NCBI GenBank assembly: GCA_001600695.1
Contig: BCKQ01000007.1
Location: 84,327-148,326, forward strand
From: Ascoidea asiatica JCM 7603
Lineage: Eukaryota > Fungi > Ascomycota
Reading direction: 5' to 3'
DNA: 64,000 nt
Position 1 is the stretch's first letter, and every line of letters begins with the position of its first letter. The position numbers and the translations under genes are program-made. This document shows positions 23,985 to 36,192 of this stretch, one piece after another. A model generated the notes under the pieces. The model saw only the letters and a list, made by a program, of their open reading frames with translations. It had not been told where the DNA came from and ran no database searches.

Positions 23985-24449
23985 TTAATTTAAAAAATAA
24001 CTAATATTTGTACCATGATTATTCTTGGAATAGGTTACTTTATAATTACCATTTTCATCTCTATAAAAATGTTTAATATAATCATCATGACCACAAAAAG
24101 TTTCTTTACAATGAAGACATTTTGCATTAACAACTATTTGAGGATTTTGTAAATATAAATGTTTACATATTGTACAAACATAACCATTAGAAGATGAACT
24201 TGGTGGATTTGGATTTGGATGATTTGAACTCATTGATAAATTTCTATTACTAATATTTGTTGTAGATGAATTTAAATTATAAAAATTTGAACTTGAAAAT
24301 GAATTTGAAAATGAATTTGAAATTGAATTTGAAATTGAATTTTGAACTAATGGATAAGATAATGAATTATTAGTTTGATTATTATTATAATTATTGTTAT
24401 AATTGATATTATTACTTGAAGAATTGTTATTGAAACTTTGAGTAAACAT
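23985..24449 (-). CDS. Orphan 154-aa protein: N/S-rich N-terminus plus Cys/His zinc-binding-like C-terminus
   Basis: YVCTICKH...KCLHCKETFCGHDDYIKHF; host-like codon usage. Confidence 0.7.
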   Translation of the reverse strand: MFTQSFNNNSSSNNINYNNNYNNNQTNNSLSYPLVQNSISNSISNSFSNSFSSSNFYNLNSSTTNISNRNLSMSSNHPNPNPPSSSSNGYVCTICKHLYLQNPQIVVNAKCLHCKETFCGHDDYIKHFYRDENGNYKVTYSKNNHGTNISYFLN

Positions 24450-27400
24450 ATATATAAATTGATTAAGATTTTTTTTTTAATTTATGAAGTTTTTAAATAG
24501 AAAGCGAATGTTTTAAATAAATAAAGCGAATGTAAAATTTAAACTGATATAATATTTGATAATTAATATTTGATAATTTATAATATATATTTGATAATTG
24601 ATAATTGATAATTGATAATTAAAAATAAAAGAGTTTTAAAAGAATTTTGAAATGAAAGTATATGGAATTTTGAAACATATATATATTAATTTTTTAAAAA
24701 ATAATCTTGAATAATAAATTTGATATTATACTCATAGATAAAAGAAAGATAAAAAAAGATTAAAATTATAAATTAAAGATAAAAAAAGATAAAAAGGACC
24801 ATTACGTAGTCATTGGATAAATTGTATAAATAATAATACTAGAAAGAGAAGAAATTTAATTGAAAGTTGTGTAAGGATTATGGACCCCAGAATTGAATAA
24901 ATGAATTGTTATAATTGTTATGATTATGAAAAAAAATAATAAAAGTAATAAAATTCTAAAAAATTTAAAAAATAAGCAATAATTATGTAATATCAAAAAC
25001 ATTTTAATTTTAAATTTATTTGTTGCCTTAGGTTTAAATTTCAAATAATTTTAGGTGAAAACTTTAGTTGAAAGTTTATTAAAAAGTTTATTGAATTAAT
25101 GATTGATAGAAGTTTTGTTGGAAAAGAAAAGTGGAATATAAATTAGAAATTTGTTTTATTATTAGTTTAAATAACTATATGATTAGATAATTGAATATAG
25201 GTAAGGGTTATATTGCTGTAGTTTTATTATTAGACATATTTATAAAGGGGTAAGAGTATAATAAGTAAATTAAGTAAATTAAGTATATTAAGTCTTTAGT
25301 TGTGAATTAATTTGAATTAATCGTAAATGATAATGAATGAAATTAATTGAGACAATTTAAGATAACGTTAGAAATAGAATATATATTATATAGTTAATAG
25401 ACTCTGATTAAATTTGATTGTAATTTTGAGGGAAGGTTTATATTTTTACGATTAAACAGTTAATAATTGATGAATTTCTTGAAAAGAGTATATAAATTAA
25501 CTTGTTTGATTATATATTTATAGAAATTGATTACAAAATTGAAACATTTGAATTAAAAATACAATAAAATGAAGTAAAATATTAAAGAATATAATAAAAT
25601 ATTTTAAAAAAAAAGGGAAAGAAGGGAAAGAAGGGAAAGAAGGGAAAGAAGATCTAAAAAATGAACCTAGACAAAAGAAAATTTTGAAAATATTTCTGAA
25701 AACAGTTTCAAAAACATTTTTTCAAAAACAGGTTTAAAAGTAGCTTAAAATAGTAAAAAAAAAGGGGAAATTTGGAAATGATAACATAACTAATGAAGTT
25801 AATGAAGTTAAATAAAATGATTATTATATAAAAATTGGGTTAATTAATAGTTTTTAGTGATAATTGATAATTAATTAATACATTGATCAGCTTAATTGAT
25901 ATATATTTTGAATGACAAGTTGTGGAGTAAAATATTAATGGAGTCTATTGTAAAAGTAAAAGTAAAAGCAAAAGCTATTTATAAACGGAAGAATAAAAAT
26001 TATGGTTTAGAATAAGGGAAAATACTGAAAATAGATTGGCAATAGATTGGCAATAGAAATAGAAAGAAAGAAAGAAAGGTACAATGAAGATGAAGATTAA
26101 GACGAAGATTAGTAATCTCGAATGATATAAGATATCTACATGATTATATCTAGAATACTTTTAATATCATAGAACAAGAGAGTTATTAATAAATTATATC
26201 AAAATTATGTAACTGAATTCTATTATTTTTAAATAATCTAAATCTTCAACCGATTTTCTATCATATATTGAGTGGATTTGAATCAATTTTTGAATCGTTT
26301 TTTTTATCATATGAGATTATTTATCAACTTTTGAGGCCAGTAACAAAGAATGAGATTAACTCTAGAGAGAAATATTTCCAAGTTACTTTCAAGTAACTTT
26401 CAAGTTATATAATTTTAAAATAGATTCACTACTGTGATTGTGATTGTGATTGTGATTATAATTGTTTCAATTAATATCATTATATTTAATCGAGTTTTAA
26501 TAAATGATTTTGATGGATTTGATGAATGAAGTTCCTGAAAAAAATATTTTGACGGAGTATTCAGTTGGTAAAAATAGGTTTGAGAACGCGGGAAGAGGCT
26601 ATAACAGGTGGGAAAAGGTGTGGATGGTGGTCTACCAAGGATTTGAAAAGATAAAAATAAATGCGGATTTATTTTTACGGATTAAATTTTACGGTTCTGT
26701 CCAAAATTACGACTGCGGCGTCTAGAACGTGCTGTATATAGCTAGGATATACAGGCTAATGCATGTCCCGACCGGCAGGAACAGAGCTTCTTTGTGGTCG
26801 TAAAATAGGTGCGGAAGAAAGATCCACCACGCGGATCTGTTCCTGAGTTGCGGACTTAAAAACAAAAACAATTTCTGTTGGTGCACTTCGATGGCCGCTA
26901 ATCACTGCGGGATTATTCCTTCCCGAGTTTCGGAACCATCTTAATAACAGACGTAGTCGGAAAGCATATCCGTTAAGTAAAAAAAAAGCAGAGCCTGTGA
27001 TCAAGCCGGCTGGATTACATAATTACATACTACATAATGACTCAGCAGATATTTTTTTGTATTGTATTGAGTAAACTAAGATTTCAAATACTAATTCTGT
27101 TGGCAAAGGTTCGAAATCATCAATGTTTCTTTACTATTATAAATACATAATCAGTATAATTCCACAAATAAAGAAAAAACCATAGAAATGAAATTGGTTG
27201 AAAGGAAATTTCAATGACTGAATAAGTATATTATTGGTTATATAACAATTCTAAATATAAAGTTAAAACAACCAAATATAAAGAATTGAAATAGAATTTA
27301 AGATAATGAATAAAGAATTTAATCTAAGCATTTAGACACATTGTATTACGATATTGACAAAGGATTAATGAATAATCTAACGTATCAACTTAAGATAATG

Positions 27401-27587
27401 CTTGATTGAAATAAAAGAAGTAACAGAAGTAAAAGAAGCACAATCAAATGCTTTTTGTTTCGTTTTATTTATATTCCAAAACATTTTCACAAGTCAAAAA
27501 ACACAAATCACACAAATCACACAAATCACACAAAAAACATTACCAGATTTAAAAGTAGGGCTTTAAGAGACGCTGGTCACGTTTGGG

Positions 27588-27594
27588 TTACCCG
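27588..27594 (+). promoter_or_regulatory. Reb1-type site in the CAB2 promoter island
   Basis: TTACCCG within GGGTTACCCG; a reverse copy CGGGTAA lies near 22700. Confidence 0.45.
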
Positions 27595-28089
27595 CTGCAC
27601 TCGATCCGCTGCTGTGATTCGGCTGAAATTGCAGTCTCGGATGAGCATTTATGCTTAAATTGCATATCCTACAGGGTTTATAAGTGTATATTTCAAATAA
27701 GCATGGTATTATATCTAAAACATCATTTTACTACGGGGCTCATCTTGTTCCTTTCATTCGAAATCGTTTAAAAACTTAAAATTATTGAAATTTATCATTG
27801 CACAAGTAGATTTGGTTGGAATTAAACTTAAGAAATATGAAAATAATATGAAAATATATGAAAATATATGAAAATATATGAAAATATATGAAAACATATG
27901 GAAATAAATGAATAAAAGAATATATTAATAGGAAAATGATTTATTAATATTTGATATATTATATGAAATTCAACATGGTTTATATAAATAAGATAAAATT
28001 TCCTTTATTAACTTGAAATTTACATACAAATATATATATATATTTAGACTGAATATATAAATAACTATAATTGTACTAATATTATCAAA

Positions 28090-29271
28090 ATGACAATAGA
28101 TTCAAATAAAGTATCATCTGATAAAGAAGATTCAAATGATATTGAAATTGAAAATAACATTGAAAATGAAGATGATTATTTTAATAAAAATACTCCACCA
28201 ATATATTTAAATGAAATTGAAGAAAAAATTAAAGAATTTATAAAATTTCATAAATTTAAAACTGGTAAAAAAATTGCTTTAATTACAAGTGGTGGTACAA
28301 CTGTACCTTTAGAAAATAATACTGTTAGATTTATTGATAATTTTAGTAATGGTAATAGAGGTTCAAAATCTGCTGAATTATTATTATTAAAAAATTATTC
28401 TGTTATTTTTTTATATAGAGAATTTTCTTTATTACCATTTTCAAGAAATTATACACATAATAAATCTTTAAATTTTTTAGATTTTTTAAAAATTAGTAAT
28501 GATGATAATAATAATGAAAAAATTGAAATTAAAGAAAATTATGTTAATAAAATTTTAAAAGATTTAAAAGATTATGAAAAAATTATTAATGAAAATTCAT
28601 TATTATTAATTCCATTTACAACTATTAATCAATATCTTTTTACATTAAAATCAATTACAATTTTATTAAATTCATATGGTTCAAAATCTTTAATTTATTT
28701 AGCTGCTGCAGTTTCTGATTTTTTTATACCACAAACTAAATTACCTGAACATAAAATTCAATCAAGAAATATAAGTAATTTATTAACCAATAGTGAGAAT
28801 GATACAAGAAATAATACTAAAAACACTGAAATTACTGACACTAATGAAAATGGTCAATTAATTATAAATTTAGATCCAGTACCTAAATTTTTAAATAAAA
28901 TTGTTCAAAATTGGTCAAATAATTCAATGATTATAAGTTTTAAATTAGAAACTGATGATAATTTATTAATCAAAAAATCTAAATTTGCTTTAAAAAAATA
29001 TAATCATAATTTAGTTATTGGAAATTTATTACAATCAAGAAAATTAAAAGTTGTTTTTATTTCAAAAATTAAGTCACCAAGTAATAATAATAAAAATAAA
29101 AATAATAAAAATAAAAATAATAATAATAATAATAATAATAATTTTAATGAAAAATGGTTTAAAATCTCAAATAATGATATTTTAAATAATATTGAAATTG
29201 AAGATGTTTTTATGCCTGAAGTTATTAAATTACATGAAAATTGGATTCTAAACCATCCATTAAATAATTGA
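28090..29271 (+). CDS. CAB2: Phosphopantothenate-cysteine ligase (CoA biosynthesis)
   Basis: ITSGGTTVPLENNTVRFIDNFS, YLAAAVSDFF, PEHKIQS, LDPVPKFL, SFKLETD, VIGNLL. Confidence 0.96.
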   Translation: MTIDSNKVSSDKEDSNDIEIENNIENEDDYFNKNTPPIYLNEIEEKIKEFIKFHKFKTGKKIALITSGGTTVPLENNTVRFIDNFSNGNRGSKSAELLLLKNYSVIFLYREFSLLPFSRNYTHNKSLNFLDFLKISNDDNNNEKIEIKENYVNKILKDLKDYEKIINENSLLLIPFTTINQYLFTLKSITILLNSYGSKSLIYLAAAVSDFFIPQTKLPEHKIQSRNISNLLTNSENDTRNNTKNTEITDTNENGQLIINLDPVPKFLNKIVQNWSNNSMIISFKLETDDNLLIKKSKFALKKYNHNLVIGNLLQSRKLKVVFISKIKSPSNNNKNKNNKNKNNNNNNNNNFNEKWFKISNNDILNNIEIEDVFMPEVIKLHENWILNHPLNN

Positions 29272-29898
29272 TTTCTTCTTCTATTCTATTCTCTTCTTTT
29301 CTCTTCTCACAAATAACTCGCTATATATTCTCATATTCTTATTCTCATTTACACATTCAACACATAGATCTTTAAATAATAAGTAGACATTGTATATAAA
29401 TAAATAAATTATTGCAATATAATAGATTATATTCCTAATTGGGAACATTTGCCGCTCTTTAATTTTATATTCCATTTACTGTAGGCGGATCGGGATTACG
29501 TAACATATTTCCTGTCCGTAGTTTACCAAGGATAAATATTTAATATGGAAATAGCTATCCTTGAGTTGCGGAACTTAAATAAGTCATGTTTTCCTTACCT
29601 TGCCACATACCTTCCAAATACAGCTTCTGCGGCGTGTTTCTTTAATGTTTCGCGTTTGTTTGACGAGTTTCTGCTTTGGGCCCAGCGGCAACGTCTCTTT
29701 TTCTCTTTTTCTCTCTGTCTCTTCAAATCTCCAGCAAAGAAGCCAACCTTATCCAGATTCAATCAACAATCAATCAATCAACAGTCAACTGTCCAAATAT
29801 ATGAAATCATTTCAAATAAATATTCAAATCTATGGAATCATATTCAATTATATTCAACTATTCACTCGAAACCTTTATTTTCAGTCGAGTAAATATTC

Positions 29899-29929
<31 letters not shown>

Positions 29930-30575
29930 TAACAATCAATCAATTAACAATCAATCAATCATATAATAATAAGAATTAGAGCTGGAAATAAACAACCAGA
30001 CTCAAATATATTCTGGTTGAATCCCTTATTCTATATATTCAATTACTACATAATTACTGTTCATTTTGCAGTTTCATTTATTCTTCTATTATTTATCTAT
30101 TATTTATCTATAATTCATAATATCTTCAAATATAAAATCATTATTAAAATAATAAAAATAATAATAATTAAAATCAAATTCAGATCAAAGTTATAAAATC
30201 TATTAAATTCTAAACATTTCTTCAACTAGTTGGCCTTTAAATCCCCATTCTCAAAATTTCTTAATTCCTATTTCATATTAAGTTTTAGTTTTTTTTTTTC
30301 TAATTCACACGATCAAATTCTCTTTTCTAATTTCAGAAGTTAAAATTTTCATTTTATTATTTTATATTTAATATATATCATATCATCATTTCTCATAATC
30401 CATTATATTCATATTCATATTCACATTCATATTATATATTATATTATATCATTTCATATTATATCATAGCATATCATAACATAACAATATATCTCAATAT
30501 ATCACAACATATTATATTCTCCTTTATTTGACATTCAGATTTATAATCTGATACCAATTATCTATAATATTCAAT

Positions 30576-32879
30576 ATGTCTTCTAGATCTTCAAAATACT
30601 CAAATTACTCAAAGCTTTATGATCATAATAATAGTAACAACAATAACAGTCACAATAATAATATTAATAGTAATAATTTACATATAAATCCAATTTCAAA
30701 AAAAAATATAGATTCTACAAAATTAAAAAAAATAACAATACATAATATTAGAGCCACTTTTAGAATAATCTTAGCAACAATATATTTAGGATTAATCATT
30801 TTAACAATACCTTTAGCTTTTGAATTAGGTGATACAATCTGTGGTTTAACTTATAGTTTCACATGCTTCAATTTATATTTTTTCTTAACTTTATTAAGAT
30901 TAATTATTAAAAAAAATTTATTCTTAAAAAAATTTAAATTCTTAAATAATTTAAAATTTTTATCTTATATTTATTATTTACAACATCTTTTATTACCAAG
31001 TTTATTAACTTTTTTATTAACTTTTTTTAATAATGCAAATCAATTCAATAATAATAATAACAACAATAATAATAAAACTTTAGTAACTAATTCAATTAAT
31101 GAATCAATAAATAATGAAATTTCAAAGTCAATTTTACATTATTATACAAATACTTTTCAAATTAATTATAATCAATTATTAAATTTAATAAATATTTATA
31201 TAACTCCATGGCATGTTGTATTAAAAAATTCAACTCCTCTTTTTACAACCTTAGAAGGTCTTTGTTCTTTATTATTAATTCAAACAATTGGTAAAACTTT
31301 TAATTATTTAATTAATAAATCTCAATCAAAACAAATTATACATACTAATTCAAATAATAATTCTTCTATTGATGAAAATAATAAAAAAATTATTAATAAT
31401 AATAATGATGATGATGATATAAATATGAATTCGAATATTAGTAATAATCATATAAATATAAATAATAATAATGATAACAATAATGAAGAAAATAATGATA
31501 CTAATGAAATTAATAATAATGATAATCTTGATATAAACAATAAGAATATAAGTGATAATAATAATACTGATAATAATAATGATACAAGTATAAATTCTTC
31601 TTCTTATTGGTCAATATTAAATCTATTAATTTCTGCAATTATTTTAACAATAAGTTTTTATTTCCTTTATAATATTTTTATAATTCCAAATTTAAAAATT
31701 GGTTTATTTTCTGCAACTTTATTAGGTTCAATTTTAACTTATTCACTTGGAATTGGTTTATTTGGTATATTAAATAAAAATGGTTCAACAATTGAAAGTT
31801 CTTTAATTTTTGCTTATATTGTTAAATGTATTTATCAAACTTTTCCAGAATTATCAAAATTAACTTCTTTAGAATTTACAAATTTAATTAATTTAACTAC
31901 AATTAATTTAAAAAATGAATTAAATTTATATTATTCAAAAGGTTCTTTTAATCATTTAATTAATTTAAAAAAATATAAAAATTATAAAGATTTATATAGA
32001 GATTTTTATAATGAATTTATTCAAAATGATTTTTATAAAAATTTTTATAAAGAATTTTATAATGATTTTATTTTAAAAAATTTAAATTCTGTTAATAAAA
32101 CAAATAATATTAATATTTCAAATATTAATAAAAATAATTATTATTATAATAAATTAATTAATATTTTAAATTTTTTAAAATTTTTAAATTTAAAAAATTC
32201 ATTCAAATCAATAACTAAATTTTTTTTAAATGCTTTAAATTATTTAACAATTCCTTTATTATTTAATTTAGCTTATAGAATTGCTGTATTTTATGCTGCA
32301 ACTAGAATTATACCAGCTTTAAATAATTCTGTTAATTCAGCCTATAATATTCCTTCTCCAACAAGTTCTCCAATGAATTCTCCAATTATCCCAAAAATTC
32401 CAAGTTTTAGTGATACCCATAATAATTTAATTGATATAAATTCTTCACATAAAAAGAAAAGATATATAAAACAAAAGAAAAATAGTTTTGGAATCCTTCA
32501 AATTTTATATTTATTTTCACCATGTATTGTGATTGCAGTTTATACTCATTTAATGTTATTAAATAGAAATGAATTAGGAGATGAATTAATTTTATGGGGT
32601 TGGTGGACTTCTTCTTCATCTATATCTCAATCACCTTCAATTACTCAAGGCTCTTCATATTTGGCATCTAGTTTAACTTCTACTGCATCTGCAATTGCTG
32701 AAACAGCTACTTCAATAATGAATAATACTCAAAACAATCTTCAAAATAATATAGAAGGAACAACAATAATCACTGATGGAAAATTGGTTGTTAATCCAGT
32801 ACAATTTTGGAATTGGATCAATATGATTTCAACTTTAGGTTTATATACTTTAGAATTGATTGAAGGAAATGTTGATTGA
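30576..32879 (+). CDS. ICE2: ER integral membrane protein Ice2
   Basis: LTIPLAFELG..CGLTYS, STPLFTTLEG..LLLIQ, IESSLIFAYIVKCIY, YRIAVFYAATRIIP, SPCIVIAVYTHL, QFWNWIN...LYTLEL. Confidence 0.93.
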   Translation: MSSRSSKYSNYSKLYDHNNSNNNNSHNNNINSNNLHINPISKKNIDSTKLKKITIHNIRATFRIILATIYLGLIILTIPLAFELGDTICGLTYSFTCFNLYFFLTLLRLIIKKNLFLKKFKFLNNLKFLSYIYYLQHLLLPSLLTFLLTFFNNANQFNNNNNNNNNKTLVTNSINESINNEISKSILHYYTNTFQINYNQLLNLINIYITPWHVVLKNSTPLFTTLEGLCSLLLIQTIGKTFNYLINKSQSKQIIHTNSNNNSSIDENNKKIINNNNDDDDINMNSNISNNHININNNNDNNNEENNDTNEINNNDNLDINNKNISDNNNTDNNNDTSINSSSYWSILNLLISAIILTISFYFLYNIFIIPNLKIGLFSATLLGSILTYSLGIGLFGILNKNGSTIESSLIFAYIVKCIYQTFPELSKLTSLEFTNLINLTTINLKNELNLYYSKGSFNHLINLKKYKNYKDLYRDFYNEFIQNDFYKNFYKEFYNDFILKNLNSVNKTNNINISNINKNNYYYNKLINILNFLKFLNLKNSFKSITKFFLNALNYLTIPLLFNLAYRIAVFYAATRIIPALNNSVNSAYNIPSPTSSPMNSPIIPKIPSFSDTHNNLIDINSSHKKKRYIKQKKNSFGILQILYLFSPCIVIAVYTHLMLLNRNELGDELILWGWWTSSSSISQSPSITQGSSYLASSLTSTASAIAETATSIMNNTQNNLQNNIEGTTIITDGKLVVNPVQFWNWINMISTLGLYTLELIEGNVD

Positions 32880-33800
32880 AAAAAACTTAATATTAATAAT
32901 TCCCATTAATGATTTTCATTCATCAAGTTATACAAGTTATCCATGTTTTAAATCGTTCAGTGGTCGATCCAAATCATTGATTGTTTGTGTTTTTCGCAAA
33001 TAATAATCAAATATTTTTGATATAAGAAATATATCATTACAAGAATATAAAGTGTTTTCTGAAAGAGCTAGTTAATGATTACTCTCTATCTCAACTGGAT
33101 TAAAAAATGATGTACAGTTTTCTGATAATATTTCGGTTAAATATAACGAGATAATCTTAATTTCAGCTATAGTAATACTCATCCTCAAATATTAAATTTT
33201 TAGTCTCTTTCCGAGTCTAAGTTTTACAAATTATAATCTATTAATTAAAATTAATAATTATAAAAATTTTAATTTAAATTATTGCATTTTCATTTTTTGT
33301 TAAATATATCTTCTAAGCTTATGTTAATTTTCTTTCAAAGCTTATTTCTTGCTTCGTTTAATTATATCCTATCTCATTCTTGTTTTTGCTCATTGCTATC
33401 TCTTTTTTTTTTTTTATCGTTGAAATATACTTGAAGACATCGTATTCCTGGTTTATACATATATCTATATCTAACCAATTGTCTTTATTTATCACATTCG
33501 GATGGAACTTATTATTCTCTTATTAATTTTGTTTAGATTTGCCTATTTTTTCATAATTTTTTTTAAAACTATTTTATTTTTTTATTATTTCTAATTTCAT
33601 TTTTCTTTTATTATTTCAATTTAATTTTTCTACTTAAAGAGACGTTTTATTTATTTTTAAATAAAAAATTGTAAATTATAATACTTTTCATTTACACACT
33701 GCTTGTTTTATTCATTATTATAAAAAAAAAAGCATAATAAGCTATAATTGTAGACTTATGAGAAATGCTCTTTTTAAAACTTAGTCTCGTCATAAGTGAT

Positions 33801-34166
33801 TCAATCAAGATCAACAACTTTACCAACGATATTGTATCTTTGTTGAAAAAAAGAATACCAGCCTTCTAAGGTCTTGACTTCTTTTTCAGTAAGATCATCA
33901 TATTTATATGAAACTGCAGGATCATTATCTTCTTTACTCAAAGATGATTTACCTAGTGGTCTACTAGCATCCTTACCTGTAAAAACATGATAACCTTTAT
34001 CAGGACCATAAGCTTTTTTATTATTTGTGACATCAAAAACAGTTCTCTTTATTGCAACATAAATCTTTTCTGATTGAATTCCATCACATTTAGATAATTC
34101 TTGTTTTGTGATTTTATCATCCTTTGGAGGTTCTAATGTAACTGGTTCTTTGGGGGCAAATGACAT
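33801..34166 (-). CDS. Cytochrome b5-like heme/steroid-binding (MAPR/Dap1-family) protein, soluble type
   Basis: IYVAIKRTVFDVT...YGP..GYHVFTGKDASRPLG...W..FF..RYNIVG; no transmembrane segment; N-terminus FAPKEPVTLEPPKDD suggests a Dap1 paralogue rather than the DAP1 orthologue. Confidence 0.9.
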   Translation of the reverse strand: MSFAPKEPVTLEPPKDDKITKQELSKCDGIQSEKIYVAIKRTVFDVTNNKKAYGPDKGYHVFTGKDASRPLGKSSLSKEDNDPAVSYKYDDLTEKEVKTLEGWYSFFQQRYNIVGKVVDLD

Positions 34167-34806
34167 TGTTATAAAGATATATTAATTAAGTTGATTGTTT
34201 TTTATACACTTATTTTTTGATATTTTAGATATGATGAAGAAATATTTGAATGAGATATTTGATTATTTATTAGATTTCTATTCGCAAAAAGATTAATTGA
34301 TCAAGAGAAATCTATGGCTTCTTTGGAAAAGTATTGAAATGTTTGCAATGCCTTCTTGTATGTTTCTCTTCACTCAATGTGATTTATGCTTTAACAAAGT
34401 GAAACACTTCTGGTAAATAATGCTCTTGAAATGAATATTTTTATCAAAATCACTAGCTTTTTGAGATTTTATAATATTTATTATAAAAATAGTGGCATTT
34501 CGTAGATTTGTAGAAACACCGTTTATTTGATATTGATTAAAATACAAAATAAATATTGGTTATCTTGTTTATTATTATATTACGTAATATGAGAGAGTAT
34601 AAAAAAACTTATTTTAAGAGTGAAAAAAAGGAAATAATTATACAAATTTATTTAAGAAATAAAAGGAATAAATGTCAATGAAACGTCAAAGAATTGAATT
34701 TACTCAATGTAACTGGGATCAGATAAAATAAAAAAAAAAAATAAAAAAAGAATTATGTAAACATACTTAATGGCGGAAAATCTTAAAATATTACTTTCTT
34801 GAAAAT

Positions 34807-36061
34807 TTAAGAATCATCATCGTCATCATCATCACTATATATGACTCTCCTCTTTTTACGAGAACTTGCCCTTTTATCATCTTCATCATCATGATGGCTA
34901 CTAAACCTTTCTTTTTCTCTAGCATTTCCTAATCTTTCTGCTCTTTCCAAATCATCGTCATCTTCATCTTCATATTTCTCTATTTCTTCTTCATCAGGGG
35001 CAACGAAATCATCATCATCTTCGTCATCTTCATAGTCATATTTATCTTTATAGTTCATTGTTTCTGCATCTTCATCTATTTCTCCATCACCAAATCTTGG
35101 ATGACGGAAATTTTCATGTCTTGTTTTTGATGAAAATGTACCGGAAGTAAATTCTTTATCTTCTTGTTGTATTTTTTTCAATCTTTCCCTTCTTCTTTTT
35201 TTATCTTCTTCAATTTCTTTTTCTTCTAATTCCCTTCTTTCTTTATTTGGATCTTCAGTTATATTAATTTGTTCTGCACGCATTTTTTTAGAAAAATCTT
35301 TATTTTTAAAATAAGCAGCTAATTTTCTATGAGTTAAAGAAGAAACAGAAGTTGGAACAAATTTCATACTTTTATTAAAAATTGAAGTTGTTTGTAATAA
35401 TTTTAAATTATCATGACGAATTGTTAAAAAATTATCATTTAATTTTGTTCTTACAACATCAAAAAATTCAGAACCTAATTTTAAAGATAAAGAACCATCA
35501 TCCCATTCAATAAATTGAGCATTTGATTGTTTTTTTAAAGAATTTGAAGTTTCATCTTGAACATGTCTCCATCTTATTGTATTTTCAGCAATTAATTTTT
35601 CAATAATTCTTTCATCTTCACTCATTTTTTCAAATCTTTTTTGTTTTTGTAATAATGAAGCTTCATAACTTTCAGAAACAAATTCTTTTGGTTCAACAAA
35701 TAAAAAATTTGGTAATTGAATATGATAAATATCATTATTTAATGCATGATGAGATATATTATGTCTTGGCAACTCTAGATTTTCAACTTTTGTAGAATCT
35801 TCTTCACCATAATCAGAATTATCTGGATTTTCATATTTTAAACGATATTCTTTATCTCCATATATTTCAATTTCTTCATTTCCAAAATCATCATTATATT
35901 CACTTTTAATATCAATATTACTTGTTTGAGAAAATGAATCTTCCTTTTTAATTACATTATCTTTATCGTTATCTTCATCATCATCATCTCCAAACAAATC
36001 ATCAACATCATCCTCGACTTCATTATTATCATCAAGATTTTTCTTTACCTTGATATTATTG

Positions 36062-36099
<38 letters not shown>

Positions 36100-36192
36100 G
36101 TTATCACTTTGATTTGATATTATAGATATTTCAGGATTTGAAGAATCATGATCACTTTCCAATCCTTGAGGATCAGATTTATCAGAATCCAT
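34807..36192 (-). CDS. LEO1: Paf1 complex subunit Leo1
   Basis: Acidic N-terminus with DDLFGDDD, LPNFLFVEP, ENTIRWR, SNAQFIEWDDGSLSLKLGSEFFDV, acidic C-terminus. Confidence 0.95.
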
